The notes below the pieces were generated by a model. It was given only the letters and a program-made list of their open reading frames with translations. It ran no database searches and had not been told where the DNA came from. Made by a program: the position numbers and the translations under genes. Shown here in pieces: positions 46,665 through 56,622 of a stretch of DNA of 64,000 nt (its first letter is position 1; each line of letters opens with the position of its first letter). The stretch is from Candidatus Aenigmatarchaeota archaeon (lineage in GTDB: Archaea; Aenigmatarchaeota; Aenigmatarchaeia; PWEA01; JACQIF01). The DNA lies in the NCBI GenBank assembly GCA_016432325.1, contig CP066684.1:384001-448000 (forward strand), read 5' to 3'.

Positions 46665-48506
46665 ATGGACGCATACGATTACGAGAAACTCGGCCTCAAG
46701 GTCGGCATAGAGATACACCAGCGCCTGCGGACGCGCAAGCTGTTCTGCGATTGCACACCAACAAATGGCGAACCGTTGGCGAATATACACAGAAAACTGC
46801 GCGCCTCGGCCGGCGAGTTGGGAATGATAGACCCGGCGGCGCTATATGAACAGATGCGCGGACGCGAGTTTAACTATTCTACGTACAAGGACGCGTCGTG
46901 TCTGGTCGAGATGGACGAGGAGCCGCCGCATGCCGTGAACGCGGACGCGCTGCGCGCGGCCCTGCAGGTCGCGAAGATGCTCGCGTGCGAAATCCCGGAC
47001 GAACTGCACGTCATGCGCAAGACCGTGGTGGACGGTTCAAACACATCCGGCTTCCAGAGGACGATGGTCGTCGGCCTCGGCGGTTCCTTAAAGACGTCGT
47101 TTGGAGACGTGCGCATAGAAGGCCTTTCGCTGGAAGAAGAGTCGTCCCAGATACTGGAACGCACAGAACGCGGAGTAAAATACGGGCTGGACAGGCTCGG
47201 CATCCCGCTCGTAGAGATAGGCACCGCGCCTGACGCGCACACGCCCGCGCAGGCAAAGGAGGTTGCGGAAGCGCTGGGCATGCTTTTGAGAAGCACGGGA
47301 CTCGTGCAGAGGGGTATCGGAACGATACGGCAAGACGTGAACGTATCAATACGCGGAGGGGCGCGCGTGGAGATAAAGGGCTTCCAGGATTTGTCTATGC
47401 TTGACGCGCTCGTACGAAACGAGGCTGAGCGCCAGTACTCGCTTCTTGGCATGGCCGAAGACCTGCGCAACAGAGCCGCCAGCGCTTCGTCAGCCAAGGA
47501 CGTCACGCGCGTCTTCTCGGCCACTCAGAACAGGATAATATCGCAAGCCGTTGCGAACAACAAGCGCGTCTATGCGTTTGTGCTCAAAGGATTCGGCGGC
47601 CTTCTGAAGCGCAAGATATCGTGGGACCGAACATTCGGACGGGAGCTGGCGTCGTATGCCATGGTGCAAGGCGTCAAAGGAATGATACACACGGACGAGG
47701 ACATGGAAGGCTACGGCCTTACGCGGGAGTTCGGCGCGCTGCGCAACGAGCTGGGCGCGTCAGAGAAAGACGCCATATGCATAATCGCAGAAGACGATGA
47801 AACCGCAAAGCGCGCGTGCGCAGCTGTCATAGAAAGGGCGCTGTTCGCGCTGAGCGGCGTGCCGGAGGAGACCCGCGCGCCCAACGCGGACGCCACGTCG
47901 TCCTACGCGCGACCGCTTCCCGGAGGCGCGCGGCTGTATCCCGAAACCGACGTGCCGCCGATAGTCGTGGACAGGAAGGCTCTGAAAGCGATGGAGATGC
48001 CCGAAAGCCTAGACGCCAAACAGAAGCGGCTCGTGAAGATGGGCGTCCCCGAACAGGCGGCCCGGGAACTCGTGCGGTCGGAAATGATATCCATATTCGA
48101 GGAGGCCGGCAAGATAAACGCCAAGAGGGCAGCCGAACTCCTAACGTCCACAATCACGTCCCTGAGGAGGGAAGGAGTCAGAGTAGACCGCATAGCGAGC
48201 GCGGATATGGTGAAGCTTCTGCGTGAGCTGGAAGGAATCCCAAAGGAGGCCGTTCTGGACGGTTTGAAGGCTCTGGCAGAAGGCAAGCCATACGCGACGG
48301 CCATGAAAACGGCCCGAATGAGCGCCCAGGAGCTGGCCGACGCCGTAGACGAGGTAATACGTACGGACATCGAACTTGTCAACAGGGAAGGAGAGGCCGC
48401 ATTCAAGAAGCTTATGGGCCCCCTGATGGATCGCGTGCGCGGACGCGTTCCAGGCGAGGCCGCGGCCGAAGCTCTGAAGAGGCGGCTGAAGAGTTTTCTG
48501 AAGTGA
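46665..48506 (+). CDS. gatE: Glu-tRNA(Gln) amidotransferase subunit E
   Basis: GLKVGIEIHQ, MRKTVVDGSNTSGFQRT, RGIGTIRQDVNVSI, RLYPETD. Confidence 0.97.
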   Translation: MDAYDYEKLGLKVGIEIHQRLRTRKLFCDCTPTNGEPLANIHRKLRASAGELGMIDPAALYEQMRGREFNYSTYKDASCLVEMDEEPPHAVNADALRAALQVAKMLACEIPDELHVMRKTVVDGSNTSGFQRTMVVGLGGSLKTSFGDVRIEGLSLEEESSQILERTERGVKYGLDRLGIPLVEIGTAPDAHTPAQAKEVAEALGMLLRSTGLVQRGIGTIRQDVNVSIRGGARVEIKGFQDLSMLDALVRNEAERQYSLLGMAEDLRNRAASASSAKDVTRVFSATQNRIISQAVANNKRVYAFVLKGFGGLLKRKISWDRTFGRELASYAMVQGVKGMIHTDEDMEGYGLTREFGALRNELGASEKDAICIIAEDDETAKRACAAVIERALFALSGVPEETRAPNADATSSYARPLPGGARLYPETDVPPIVVDRKALKAMEMPESLDAKQKRLVKMGVPEQAARELVRSEMISIFEEAGKINAKRAAELLTSTITSLRREGVRVDRIASADMVKLLRELEGIPKEAVLDGLKALAEGKPYATAMKTARMSAQELADAVDEVIRTDIELVNREGEAAFKKLMGPLMDRVRGRVPGEAAAEALKRRLKSFLK

Positions 48507-48605
48507 GACACGCAGTGCGACAAACGCACGACCCCTTATTAGAGACTCTGTTTTAAATACAGACTTTGCCAACTTTGAGTGAGACATAGTGCGACAAGAG
48601 TGACA
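48503..48605 (+). promoter_or_regulatory. Direct-repeat array GTG(A/C)GACA around a TATA box
   Basis: Copies at 48503, 48515, 48579, 48589 plus GAGTGACA 48598; TATA 48551-48559. Confidence 0.6.
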
Positions 48606-48607
48606 TT

Positions 48608-49711
48608 ATGAGCGAGGCCTGGTTTTCGCAGTTCGGATGGAACGAGAATCCATTTAAAATACAGCCCGATCCTGAGCATGTCGTTGGTTTCGTCGACCTG
48701 CGCGCGCGAATAATGGCTTACGTCGAGTCTCATGACCCGTTCCTCATAGTAGGCCCCACAGGCGCCGGCAAAACGACGCTCCTGTTATGGACGGCCACGC
48801 AGACAAACGCGCGATACGTATACCACAACTTCCTCGACGAGCGCAGCGACGCGTCCTTGAGACGCAAGGTACGCGGCGGGTTGCTGGGATTCTTCGACCG
48901 ACGCCCTATCATAGCACTTCTGGACGAAGTACAGGAGATGGCGCCCGAAACAGCACGCTACCTTAGAGGTATCTTCGACCAACACGGCATACAGTCAGTG
49001 GTAATGGCCGCGATGACAGACAAGCTCCCCAACCTTGAAGAACCTTTACTCTCGCGCATAGGCGAGAGGAAAATATACGTGCGCAACGTGGATGAGCGCG
49101 AGTCCATGCAGATTATCAGGCAACGCGTCTTCGCGAAGGGCAAGGACAATCCGTTTGACGAGGATGCGCTGCGCATCGCGTTCGCATACGCGGAGTATTC
49201 TCCCAGAAAGATACTGGAGACCTGCGAAAAGCTATGCATCGACGGCGCGTCGAAGGGAAAGACCCGCATAGACGCGGACTTCGCGTCGCTCGTCCTGAAA
49301 CCGAAGGAGCCGACGCTCGCCGCGGTCAAGAACGCCATCGTGACTCCTCCCTCCGGCGAGATAAAGCGTCTCGTGCGCGAGAAGCTCAGGAAGATAATGG
49401 AGTCCGATGCCGGAACGGAGATAAGGAAGACACCTCCCGCAACGCCGATAGTCCAGACCGTCAAGCCTGCGACCGTCGTGGACGCCCTTTCGCCGACACA
49501 AAGAAAAATATACGAGGCGTTGCGCGCCAAGGACATGACGACCGATGAACTGGCCCGCGCCGTAGGCATCACGCGCGCCTCGGCTGCCAAGCAGTTGTCG
49601 CGTCTCGCCCTGAACACGGATGCAGAGCTTCTGACGTCCAGGGGAATAACAAAACCTCTGGTGGTCCAGAAAGGCAGCGGCCGCCCTGTCGTTTACGGAG
49701 TGAACAGCTAA
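48608..49711 (+). CDS. ExeA-like AAA+ ATPase with C-terminal HTH
   Basis: FGWNENPF, GPTGAGKTT, LLDEVQ, LSPTQRKIYEAL...ELARAVG. Confidence 0.85.
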   Translation: MSEAWFSQFGWNENPFKIQPDPEHVVGFVDLRARIMAYVESHDPFLIVGPTGAGKTTLLLWTATQTNARYVYHNFLDERSDASLRRKVRGGLLGFFDRRPIIALLDEVQEMAPETARYLRGIFDQHGIQSVVMAAMTDKLPNLEEPLLSRIGERKIYVRNVDERESMQIIRQRVFAKGKDNPFDEDALRIAFAYAEYSPRKILETCEKLCIDGASKGKTRIDADFASLVLKPKEPTLAAVKNAIVTPPSGEIKRLVREKLRKIMESDAGTEIRKTPPATPIVQTVKPATVVDALSPTQRKIYEALRAKDMTTDELARAVGITRASAAKQLSRLALNTDAELLTSRGITKPLVVQKGSGRPVVYGVNS

Positions 49712-50232
49712 ACAAGCGACTTGAGTATGACCTTCAGGATGGCCGAGTCGCTGATGACCCCAAGAACACGTCCCGCCTCGTCTATGACAGCAACTATCTC
49801 CACGTTGTTCTCATCCATGACCGTCATCGTGTCGAACAGGCTCGTGTGGGGGAACGCCGCCGCTTTCTTGCGCATTATCTCCGCGATTCTCTTGTTTCCC
49901 AGAGAGAGGAACTCTTTCTCGTAACTGACGGCGCCATGACGGTGCTGGCTCAATTCGAGAGATTTTTCCTCGAACGCCTTAAGCATGTCGTGGTGGGTGA
50001 CGACTCCTTTGAGAATTCCCTCCTGCGCCACAGGAGCCCCTTCTATCCCCTTTTCCACGAAAATGTTGGCGGCTTCGCGGATCGTCGCCTGCGGGCTAAG
50101 CACAACAAAACGCTTCTCCATGATGTCGCGCGCTGTCAGGGTTTCGAGCGCGTGAAGGGCCTCCGGCCTGGGTCCGGCTCCCATGGCGCCGAAGATGCTT
50201 TCCATGACTTCCTTTGACGAACGGACTGACAT
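49708..50232 (-). CDS. CBS domain protein
   Basis: TARDIM, GAPV...GVVT, VAVIDEAGRVLGVIS. Confidence 0.9.
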   Translation of the reverse strand: MSVRSSKEVMESIFGAMGAGPRPEALHALETLTARDIMEKRFVVLSPQATIREAANIFVEKGIEGAPVAQEGILKGVVTHHDMLKAFEEKSLELSQHRHGAVSYEKEFLSLGNKRIAEIMRKKAAAFPHTSLFDTMTVMDENNVEIVAVIDEAGRVLGVISDSAILKVILKSLV

Positions 50233-50274
50233 CGTTAATCCACAGAGAGCTTAGTCGGGCCTCTTATAAAAGGC

Positions 50275-53200
50275 TTACCCATCGGCGAGGGGGATGTCGC
50301 CTGTACGGGCCCGGCGGCCGGAGCCTATGCGCAGCGTGTGCGGCACCGAACCGCCGGCTTCCACGCCCACATTGCGGAAGCTGAACACCTCGAAAACGGC
50401 CTGAGCCGTGTCTGTCAGGGCATCCGTCGAGTTCACGAAGACGTCCATTATCCAGTCGCCTTCGTCAGGACCTTCGGGTATCGTGTAGTTGTATTCGTAC
50501 AGATAGCCATCTTCTCCTGACACGCTCACCTGCGAAATGTTCGTCATCTGGGATATGTTAACGAACTTCGTGCCGTTCACGGACGTTATGTTCAGGAACG
50601 CGCGGTCGATGAGGTTGCGCGTCGACGAATGCGTTATCTGGCTGCGTATCGTCACGACCTCCTGCTCTTCGAAGCTGACCTGGCCGACGAGCTGGTCGTT
50701 GTAGGTGTTCAGCGACTGGATGGTCAGCGTTACAGAGACGGCGCCCACAGTGAATGTTACTGTCGCGTTGCCTGAATTGCCGTCAAACGTAACCGTTGCG
50801 TTGGTTCTCCACGTTCCCGTGTCCGTCGTATCTGTGAAACGGAAGTCCGTCTCGTTGAAATAGCCTGTTGAGTTAGTGGTCGTGAAGACATGGTCGTGTT
50901 TGACGTACGAAGGCGTGGCGTTCTGCAGGCTCAACGTGATGTTGCGCGTTGAATTCTCCGCCTGCTCTGCGCCCAGAGCGAACGTCGGATCAGGGAACGT
51001 GTACGAACGCACGACGTAATCGTCGACCCATCCGTTGTAGAAGTTCGTGCCTGCGGCGCTGCCTATCGTGCGGTACTCTATCTTGTTCCAGGCATTCTCT
51101 ATGTCGCTGGCTGTCGCGCCCACAGAGGCGTTCTTCGTCGCCAGAAGGTCTCCCGTGTCGTTGTAGACGTAGAGCATTACATGCGTGGCGTTGAGCGAGG
51201 CTTCCAGATAGCCCTGGAAAGGCGAGTCGCGCGTGTCCGTCCCTGACACGGCTGACGCGCCCACGACGTCGTCATCATCCACCCTGCCTTCTACGTCGAC
51301 ATCAAGCGCGGCCTGCCTGCCCGTCGCGTGCGCGCGCAGCTTGTCCGGTACCGCATCCACGGACTCGACGAGACCGAAGAACGCTTCAATGTCCGCTGGA
51401 GTGAGGCCGCCGTTCGTTATGGTGCCGTTGAAGTGGAATCTTGTCGAGTTGCCGCTTACCGACGAGGACAGCGTCTGCTCGCGCACGAGCGGGGTCGCGA
51501 CAGGACATTCGTTTCCGGTCTGATTGAACTCTATCCGTTTGTCTGTGGAATTCCACCTTATGTACGAGTTGGTCGGGCTGCACGTGGCGGCCGGCGTCGC
51601 CAGCGAAGGGTCTGCGTCGTACGCGTCGTAGAACGCGAAGACGTTCGTGCCGTTGCTCTTCGATTCGGCGGCCGGATAACCGTAGTACATCGTCATCACG
51701 CGCGTAGAGGACGCGGGTATCGTAGGCATCTTGACCCAGATTTTCGTCGTCGTGCGGTTGGTCGTCGTTTCTATCCAGTACGACAGCTCTGCGCCGTCGG
51801 CATCCACGAACCTGACGTCAGAAGCGTTCGCGTTGAGCTTTCCGGCGCTCGTCAAACTCTGTGTGTTTATCGTCAGCTGTACGGGATGGTTCGTGCGCGC
51901 GACGGTGCTCCGGGCGTTCGATACGGTGATGTTTTGCCTGTACTCGAAACTGTGGTTCCACCAGAATGGGAACGTGAGGCTCGAAGCCGACGTGCCGTTG
52001 GCGAAGCGGACGCGAACGTCCATGCTTGTATTGGAAGGTACGCTGTATGGATCCACGTTGTTTGATATCGTTATCGTCAGTTCGTCCGTATACTTGAACG
52101 CGTTAGACGTCGTTTCGTCGAACGTGTTGCCTCCTGACCCCGTGGAGTTGATGGCCACGGTGCTCCAGTTGCCAAGCTGGTCGTCTGCGGCGAGAGTGTA
52201 CGACGTATGGTTCAGCCATCCGTTGTTGAACCCGACGAGCAGGTCGCTCTTCACTGTCGCCGAGGGGTCGCGTATGCGCACGCGGCCCGTTCCGGCGTTC
52301 ACGTACTGTCCCCGGCCGCCTGTCAGGCGGTAGTCTATCTGCGGACTGGGGCCGCCGCGATTGAAGACGTCCACGGGTATCGTGGTCGCGTTGACATAGT
52401 ACTGGCTGTCGATGTCCAGCACGTTCGTGGCGTTCGCGTCGTTGCCGTTCACGGCGCTGCTCGTGGTGCCTCCGTCATAGAAACGCGCGTCATACTGCCA
52501 GCTCTCGTTCAGGCCTGGCGTGTTGTTCGTGTATGTGTCGTTCGGGGCGCTTCCTGTGTTCACGTTCATAACGGCGCTGAAGCGGCCTGTCGTGGCGCTG
52601 ACAGAAGAAGTGTTCTCGAAGGCGCCGTTGCCGTAAGTGAAATTGAACAGCTGCACCGTCAGCGTTCTGGACGCATCGCCCGTCGGACTCTTGATTCTGT
52701 AGGTCCCGCCGTCCGAATGGAAGAGGATTGCCGTGATGTTTATGGTCTCGTTCTTGTTGTATATTTTCAGCGGCGTCCCGGTGGTCTCGCCGTAGATGTT
52801 GTTCTCCACGTTGGACGTGGCATTAAGGATTATCGTGTTGTTGACGACGAAGGTGGAGCCCGTCGCCTCTGCCATTGTATTGTTGAAATTGAAGGTCAGG
52901 TTTGCCGCTACCACGATGTGCTTGGCGGTCCATGTGCCCACGGCGTCTCCGTTGGGCGTTGTCCTGTCCCAGTTGATTGTCACGCCCGTATCGTTTCCCG
53001 TCGTCAGGTTCGTATTGTATTGCTCGGCGTTTGAAGGGTCATAGAGACGGACTGTCACGGAGGCGTTGATGCGCGGGGCATCATTGCGCGCGCCGACTAT
53101 CGTGGCGTTGATGCGATTGATGTCGCCCCTCATCACATCGCCAAAGAGCCTCGCGTCCGTGGAGTAGTACAGGGTGCTGTCGACGTCTACGTACGTGAAT

Positions 53201-54702
53201 GATGTCTGGTTTTCAATGTAGGCCCCCAACGCAGGATCCGTGGTGGTGTTCGGATAGTGTATGTGGAAAGCGTACTCTTTGCTCTCGTCCGTTCCGGGCG
53301 ATGCGCTTGCGTACGAATCCCCGCAGTCGTTTGCGATGCGGTCCGACCTGACGCCTGTGCCGCCGCTCGAGTTCAGGGCGACCGACGCGTTCAGCGTGCA
53401 GTGGCTCGTTGTAGTGTTCATCTCAACGCGCACGCTCCGCGCGCCAAGGCCCCTTCCCCAGGCGTCGCCGAGAATGAAGCTGTATTCCAGCGGCTCTCCC
53501 CTGTTGAGGGTCTTGTTGAGAACCGTAACCACATTTCTTGCCCTCGGCATTCCGGCGTCCATCACGAGCGTCAGGGTCTTCTCTACCCAGAAAGCGGCGG
53601 CCCTGACAGGCGAGCCGCCGGGCGCCAGGTCGGTCTGTATCGGCACCTCGCTCGCCGTCTGATTGACGAATCCCACGCCTGTGGAGGAGAAGTTCGTCCA
53701 CGACTCCCCGAGAAGCCTCGAGTTCGTCGAAAGATTCAGCGTCACGTTGTAGTCCTGCAGCGCCGCCGATTCAGGCATCGCCCAGAACACGCGGAACGAC
53801 TTGTTCGTGGAGTTTACGGCCAACGGCGACCTGAAGACCTCATGACTCGTCCTGTTGTAAACCAGAAGCGTCATGTTGGCCGGCGCGGCGGACCAGTTGG
53901 CGTTGCCTGTCGGAATGCTCGCGTTGGCGCTCAGGTTGAACTCCATATACACCCTGTCGCCGAGGACGAACTTCTTTTCCGCGGCCAGAAACGTGCTGTT
54001 GGCTGTCAGCAATGACGTCACATTGGCCCTTGCCTTTATCCAACCGACCGTCTGTTTGGACTTCTCAAACTGGCAGTCCGCACCCGGCACCAGACCGAAC
54101 GACGTGTCTGTCTGGTCCGAATCGCCGTGCCAGTCTTCGGCTTCTATGGCGCCGCTGGTGGAGACGACCATCACTGCCATGCGGAACGTGCCCGTATGGT
54201 TCAGGCCCGTTATCCACGCGCTTGTGGAACCCGTCCTGTTCCATGCGTTTATTTTGCCGAGGTCCGCCGTCCCGCTCACAAAATCCGTTCCCGTCCCGAC
54301 AGTAATCTGGGTCCTGTTGTACGCGTAGAAGGTGCCTGTCTTGGGGACTCGCCACCACGTACCGACCGTATCCTTCCACTGACTGCTCATGTTTACGTCG
54401 TCCCACAGGAGGGCAGACGTCACGTAAAGGTTTCTCGTCGTCGCGGACTGTTCAATGTTGTAGGACAGGTTGAAATCCGGATTGTCGTTAGCGTTCCAGT
54501 CGCTCTGTCCGTCGTCCTGTATGAACCTTACCTGAGCCTCGAAACCGCAGGCTGCCAGTATGTTCGAGACGTTCGCTGTCGCGTTCGCGGGCACCGCCGT
54601 GACTCCGTTATACGTAGCGGCCGACACGTCATGCGCAAGCATGATAAAAACGAAAGAAACGACGACGACCGCCAAGATAGAACGTCCGGAACCCATTTCC
54701 AC
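50275..54702 (-). CDS. Giant secreted surface protein C: related scaffold with a DUF2341-like insert
   Basis: GTFRM, FVLGDRVY, WTNFS, AFWVE, DSY...PG; WWNHSFEYRQNITV...DVRF...LSYWIE...IWVK...MYYG. Confidence 0.88.
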   Translation of the reverse strand: MEMGSGRSILAVVVVSFVFIMLAHDVSAATYNGVTAVPANATANVSNILAACGFEAQVRFIQDDGQSDWNANDNPDFNLSYNIEQSATTRNLYVTSALLWDDVNMSSQWKDTVGTWWRVPKTGTFYAYNRTQITVGTGTDFVSGTADLGKINAWNRTGSTSAWITGLNHTGTFRMAVMVVSTSGAIEAEDWHGDSDQTDTSFGLVPGADCQFEKSKQTVGWIKARANVTSLLTANSTFLAAEKKFVLGDRVYMEFNLSANASIPTGNANWSAAPANMTLLVYNRTSHEVFRSPLAVNSTNKSFRVFWAMPESAALQDYNVTLNLSTNSRLLGESWTNFSSTGVGFVNQTASEVPIQTDLAPGGSPVRAAAFWVEKTLTLVMDAGMPRARNVVTVLNKTLNRGEPLEYSFILGDAWGRGLGARSVRVEMNTTTSHCTLNASVALNSSGGTGVRSDRIANDCGDSYASASPGTDESKEYAFHIHYPNTTTDPALGAYIENQTSFTYVDVDSTLYYSTDARLFGDVMRGDINRINATIVGARNDAPRINASVTVRLYDPSNAEQYNTNLTTGNDTGVTINWDRTTPNGDAVGTWTAKHIVVAANLTFNFNNTMAEATGSTFVVNNTIILNATSNVENNIYGETTGTPLKIYNKNETINITAILFHSDGGTYRIKSPTGDASRTLTVQLFNFTYGNGAFENTSSVSATTGRFSAVMNVNTGSAPNDTYTNNTPGLNESWQYDARFYDGGTTSSAVNGNDANATNVLDIDSQYYVNATTIPVDVFNRGGPSPQIDYRLTGGRGQYVNAGTGRVRIRDPSATVKSDLLVGFNNGWLNHTSYTLAADDQLGNWSTVAINSTGSGGNTFDETTSNAFKYTDELTITISNNVDPYSVPSNTSMDVRVRFANGTSASSLTFPFWWNHSFEYRQNITVSNARSTVARTNHPVQLTINTQSLTSAGKLNANASDVRFVDADGAELSYWIETTTNRTTTKIWVKMPTIPASSTRVMTMYYGYPAAESKSNGTNVFAFYDAYDADPSLATPAATCSPTNSYIRWNSTDKRIEFNQTGNECPVATPLVREQTLSSSVSGNSTRFHFNGTITNGGLTPADIEAFFGLVESVDAVPDKLRAHATGRQAALDVDVEGRVDDDDVVGASAVSGTDTRDSPFQGYLEASLNATHVMLYVYNDTGDLLATKNASVGATASDIENAWNKIEYRTIGSAAGTNFYNGWVDDYVVRSYTFPDPTFALGAEQAENSTRNITLSLQNATPSYVKHDHVFTTTNSTGYFNETDFRFTDTTDTGTWRTNATVTFDGNSGNATVTFTVGAVSVTLTIQSLNTYNDQLVGQVSFEEQEVVTIRSQITHSSTRNLIDRAFLNITSVNGTKFVNISQMTNISQVSVSGEDGYLYEYNYTIPEGPDEGDWIMDVFVNSTDALTDTAQAVFEVFSFRNVGVEAGGSVPHTLRIGSGRRARTGDIPLADG

Positions 54703-54787
54703 ACCGCTAGAAAACGGATAGGGAGAGACCCATTATTAAACGCGTCAAACAGCGAAATGTTTTATACTGAAACCAAGCACTTCTCGT

Positions 54788-55273
54788 ATGCTCGGCTTCG
54801 TGGAACGATATCTTGGATTCAGGGTAAACTGGACGAGGGTGGCGTTCCTCGCGGCGGCCGTTGTCGCGATAGCCGTCGCCGTTCTCGGCCTGCTTCCCGC
54901 GTCTCCTGCAGGCATTCCATTTGCGCCAAGCCAGACGGAATTCCAACGCCAGGAACAGCAGTTTCTGGAAAAGGTGGAGAGCGGCGAAGTGGAACCTGTT
55001 CTCACGCAGGAGGTCCGCGTGACGAGCGCCGGCTTTGACCCGCAGTTCGCACTGATAGAGTTCGTGCAGGCAACGCAACCCGGAGAGCGCGGGGTCGCGC
55101 GGGTGCTGATAAGGAACGCGGACTCGCGCGTACGGACTATCGTATTGGGACAGAACGACGTTCGCACGCTCACGCCTGGATATCAATTCACGTTAACGTT
55201 CAACGCACCGACAGAAATCGAGATATGGGACAAGGACGCGCCTTCTGTAAGAGGAAAGATTTTCGTCAGATAG
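54788..55273 (+). CDS. Membrane-anchored cupredoxin-like protein lacking copper ligands
   Basis: TM anchor; GFDP, NAD..VRT, LTPG..F..TF..P, GKIFV. Confidence 0.65.
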   Translation: MLGFVERYLGFRVNWTRVAFLAAAVVAIAVAVLGLLPASPAGIPFAPSQTEFQRQEQQFLEKVESGEVEPVLTQEVRVTSAGFDPQFALIEFVQATQPGERGVARVLIRNADSRVRTIVLGQNDVRTLTPGYQFTLTFNAPTEIEIWDKDAPSVRGKIFVR

Positions 55274-55317
55274 GCCGACGAAAACCCGAGAGGCATCTCA
55301 AGATCTTTGTAAGGCGA
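55256..55317 (+). repeat. Synonymously recoded duplication of gene end KIFVR around two hairpins
   Basis: AAG ATT TTC GTC AGA TAG vs AAG ATC TTT GTA AGG CGA, period 44. Confidence 0.85.
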
Positions 55318-55323
55318 GCGGGC

Positions 55324-56133
55324 TCAGCTCTTGGGAATATCCTTGGTCTTCGCCATGACGGTCGTGTTCACCCAGATTTTCTCCACGGGGTCCACGCGCA
55401 GCGACGAATTGAAGCCGAAGACGCGGCCAACCGTTATGTTCACCGTGTTAGCCGAGCCTGTGAAGTTTATCATGTAGACGCTCGTTCCGGTGCGGGAAAC
55501 GGAGCTTGTGAATGTGCGGTTCAGGACCGATATGTGCAGGGTCATGTTTCCGGACGTTTCGGATATCGTGGATATGTTGGCCGCGGAAACGCCTGACGTG
55601 AGCGGCACCACAAAGACCTCATAACGGGTGATGAAGTTCGCGCTCGTATCCTTCTGGAGAACGCTTATGTTGTTCTTCGCAAAGTCCGAATAGTTGTAGG
55701 CGGCGTTCATGCCTGTTATCGTGAAAAACGACTGGTTGGCCGGAACGCTCGCATTGAAATCCAGCGCGTATGAAAGGTTCATCTGGTCGGCCAGGAAATC
55801 GCGGTAGGCCTTGAACGACACGTTATAAGGCTGGACGCGCGGCGCCTTGTCGGTGAAGTTCACGAACGTATGGGTTCGATTGGCCGTGACGCGAACGCCG
55901 ACATCCGCGAGCTTTTGCACGTGCGAGCCCGCGTAGAGGAACGCCTGCGGGATGCCGATGTCCTCGCTTGTGGCGAGTTCGAGGTCGCTGGCAAAGACCC
56001 TGTAGTTGGTCAGAAGCGAAACAAGCGAGACGGCTATGAGGACGGACATCAATGTGAAAACGATTCCCTTTGCGACGTTTTCAGTCTTCCCTCTTCTTCG
56101 GGAAGGCGTAAAGACTATTCCGCGCCGGCTCAC
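55324..56133 (-). CDS. Pilin-like protein with duplicated cleavage motif
   Basis: RG|IVFT...KG|IVFTL. Confidence 0.82.
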   Translation of the reverse strand: MSRRGIVFTPSRRRGKTENVAKGIVFTLMSVLIAVSLVSLLTNYRVFASDLELATSEDIGIPQAFLYAGSHVQKLADVGVRVTANRTHTFVNFTDKAPRVQPYNVSFKAYRDFLADQMNLSYALDFNASVPANQSFFTITGMNAAYNYSDFAKNNISVLQKDTSANFITRYEVFVVPLTSGVSAANISTISETSGNMTLHISVLNRTFTSSVSRTGTSVYMINFTGSANTVNITVGRVFGFNSSLRVDPVEKIWVNTTVMAKTKDIPKS

Positions 56134-56621
56134 AAGGACACCCCGAGACGGACCTTGGCTATGGCCGTCATGTTCTTCACCTGCGACGACGCGGATTCGT
56201 TGACCATTATGGGAACGGGCCTGGACGCGTATACCGCGTCCCTTTCCTCCGGTATCATATTGACCGTCAACGTGCGGTCGAACGTGAGCCCGCCGGTGGG
56301 CGTTACGTTGAAATAGTCCACGATGAACGCATAGCGGACAAACGACGGCAGCGTCTGGTTCACAGTGGCGTTTATCGCGTCCGCGTTCCTCGAGTCGAAC
56401 GCGCCTCTCTCCTCCATCACGGCCAGCGTGTCGATGGACATGCGTTCGAGGACGGCCTCGCTTCTCGACGGCTGTTCGACGGTGAAGGAGAACGACAGGA
56501 TTGCAAAGGCTATTATGGCCGCGCCGATGAGCGAATCGACTGTGAAGACAAAGCCCTTTGTGCTGTTTTCAAGCTTCCCGCGCTGCGCTTGTGAAGCAGT
56601 AAAAACAAAGTTTTTGTCCAT
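56130..56621 (-). CDS. Pilin-like protein with duplicated leader motif
   Basis: KNFVFT...KG|FVFTVD. Confidence 0.85.
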   Translation of the reverse strand: MDKNFVFTASQAQRGKLENSTKGFVFTVDSLIGAAIIAFAILSFSFTVEQPSRSEAVLERMSIDTLAVMEERGAFDSRNADAINATVNQTLPSFVRYAFIVDYFNVTPTGGLTFDRTLTVNMIPEERDAVYASRPVPIMVNESASSQVKNMTAIAKVRLGVSL

Positions 56622-56622
56622 G

